Source of the DNA: Clostridiales bacterium UBA1380
GTDB lineage: Bacteria > Bacillota > Clostridia > Oscillospirales > CAG-272
Direction: 5' to 3'
DNA length: 56,592 nt
NCBI GenBank assembly: GCA_002305445.1
Contig: DBRA01000071.1
Location: 18,162-74,753, forward strand
Part shown: positions 55,044 to 56,592 of the stretch, in pieces
Position numbering within the stretch: position 1 is the first letter of the stretch
Layout: each line of letters starts with the position of its first letter
The notes under the pieces: model-generated
The model's database searches: none
What the model was told of the DNA's origin: nothing
What the model saw: the letters and a program-made list of their open reading frames with translations, nothing else
Position numbers and translations under genes: made by a program

Positions 55044-55373
55044 TCAAAGCTCCGGCACGGCTGCGTAGAACACGAGATCCTCGTCGGAGTCGTTCACAAG
55101 CGTGTGAGACGAGCCCTTCGGGCAGTAAAGGCACATACCGGGCGCGACGCGTTCCTTCACGCCGTCGCAAACGGTGTAGCCTGTTCCGGAAAGAACAAAG
55201 ATTACCTCAGAGTTTGTCTCATGCGTATGCATGCCGATGCTCGAACCAGGCTTTAGCCTGCCGTGGAGCAGTCTGATGGATTTATCGGCGTACATCTTTG
55301 CTTCAAACACGCCCTCTCCGCCTTTGAAACGCTCCAGCTTCTGCGTTTCCGTTTTATTGAAATCGATATTCAT
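55044..55373 (-). CDS. Cupin domain-containing protein
   Basis: 109 aa. Cupin motifs GMHTHETNSEVIFVLSGTG and PKGSSHTLVN. Confidence 0.75.
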   Translation of the reverse strand: MNIDFNKTETQKLERFKGGEGVFEAKMYADKSIRLLHGRLKPGSSIGMHTHETNSEVIFVLSGTGYTVCDGVKERVAPGMCLYCPKGSSHTLVNDSDEDLVFYAAVPEL

Positions 55374-55579
55374 ATATACTCCTTAAATAATAACTGCGCC
55401 GACTGCCGACGCGGCAGCCATACAGATTTGTTTATGTAACCTTTATGGTAGCGCAGCGACTTGCGTATGTCAACATATATTTTATTGTATCGCCGCGCGA
55501 AAATATTGCTTTACCTCTGTTTTTGCCGACGGCGAAATGATATAATATGAAAAATCAAATTTATGCGGAGGGTTTATTA

Positions 55580-56542
55580 ATGCCGCGCAGAATAGCAGTC
55601 GTACTTGAATTCCTCGAAGAAGCGCACAAATCGAAGCTGACCGAAACGGCGTCGCGCCTCGGCTTCGAGCTTCGATTTTTTCCGCCAGACAACGTCGACA
55701 CCGATTACATCCGCACATGCGAGGTCATATACGCGCACGACCCCGCCCTGCTCGAAAATGCCGATTCCCTGCGCTGGTATTGCTGCTCGTTCGCCGGCAT
55801 CGACCGCTTCCGCGGCAGGATTAAACCGAGCGTGATGCTGACGAACAGCGCCGGCGCCTACGGCGTTTCAGTCGCCGAGCACGGCGTGATGCTGACTCTG
55901 ATGCTTCTGCGGCGCATGCCCGAGTACTCGGCGATAACGGCGCGGCGCGGCTGGGAGGGCGGACTCGCGGTGAAGTCGATCTGCGGCGCGCGCGTGACCG
56001 TCCTCGGCGCGGGCGATATCGGCTGCGCATACGGCGAGCGCGTCAAATCGTTCGCCCCCGCGTCGCTTAGCGGAATCACGCGATCCGGCAGGAGCCGCTC
56101 TTCCGCGTGGGACGAAGTTCTGCCCTTCGGCGAGCTCGACCGCATCCTGCCGCGCACCGACATACTCTTTATGGCGCTGCCGTCCACACAGGAAACCGAG
56201 GGTATTTTATCGCGCGAACGCATATCGCGCCTGCCGGACGGCGCGATAATCATAAACGTCGGTCGCGGCAGCGCGATCGATCAGAGTGCGTTATATGATG
56301 CGCTTGCGGCCGGCAAGCTCGGCGGCGCGGCGCTCGACGTCACGACGCCCGAACCGCTTCCGAAGGACGACCCGCTGTGGGATCTGTGCGAAAGGAACGT
56401 CATAATCACGCCGCACGTCGCCGGCAACATGACGCTCGCATACACACGCGATAAAAACGTCGAAATGTTCTGCTCCGACCTTGAAAACTACGCGGCGGGA
56501 AAGCCGCTGCGATATATAACATCGCCCGACGCCGGATATTGA
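55580..56542 (+). CDS. D-isomer-specific 2-hydroxyacid dehydrogenase family protein (PGDH-like)
   Basis: NAD motif VLGAGDIG, plus NVGRG, LDVTTPEP and TPHVAG. Start placed at ATG 55580 after GGAGGG rather than the ORF-track 55547. Confidence 0.8.
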   Translation: MPRRIAVVLEFLEEAHKSKLTETASRLGFELRFFPPDNVDTDYIRTCEVIYAHDPALLENADSLRWYCCSFAGIDRFRGRIKPSVMLTNSAGAYGVSVAEHGVMLTLMLLRRMPEYSAITARRGWEGGLAVKSICGARVTVLGAGDIGCAYGERVKSFAPASLSGITRSGRSRSSAWDEVLPFGELDRILPRTDILFMALPSTQETEGILSRERISRLPDGAIIINVGRGSAIDQSALYDALAAGKLGGAALDVTTPEPLPKDDPLWDLCERNVIITPHVAGNMTLAYTRDKNVEMFCSDLENYAAGKPLRYITSPDAGY

Positions 56543-56592
56543 TGCGAAATGCGGCCGCGGCAGCTTAATTATCATATATAATGAGCAGTAAA

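Overview
High-GC (roughly 60%) chromosomal segment with Firmicutes/Clostridia hallmarks: a T-box leader on pheS, a Bacillus-type tRNA-Glu, anaerobic ribonucleotide reductase NrdD, rubredoxin, an FtsW/RodA/SpoVE-family protein and many lipoprotein signal peptides. I support about 50 protein genes, 1 tRNA, 1 T-box leader and a set of near-consensus sigma-70 promoters (TTGACA-17 nt-TATAAT) and hairpin terminators. The many long Arg/Ala-rich ORFs antisense to these genes are GC shadow ORFs. Gene content mixes housekeeping (pheS/pheT, nrdD, deoB, cysK, birA, bioY, a Fur-family regulator with a ZnuABC-like transporter, ybaK) with carbohydrate and surface functions. The latter include two GH3 enzymes, a GH43-like propeller, a LacI-controlled aldolase-kinase-dehydrogenase-reductase operon, two orphan solute-binding lipoproteins, and two secreted carbohydrate-binding-like proteins with an unusual C-terminal anchor. 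I saw no CRISPR array, rRNA, transposase, integrase or recognisable defence genes. The best candidate for an undescribed system is an autoregulated three-gene module at 20073-22310: two paralogous helical proteins of unknown family plus an ArsR-DUF2087 regulator. I cannot assign it a function from sequence alone. Other leads are the APATGD-type sorting signal shared by two surface proteins, a shared 12-mer operator that links a LacI regulator to a probable polyol/ketose pathway, an orphan HTH-TPR (RRNPP-like) regulator, and a membrane-protein gene inserted between pheS and pheT. All family calls rest on motif recognition by eye, with no database search run.
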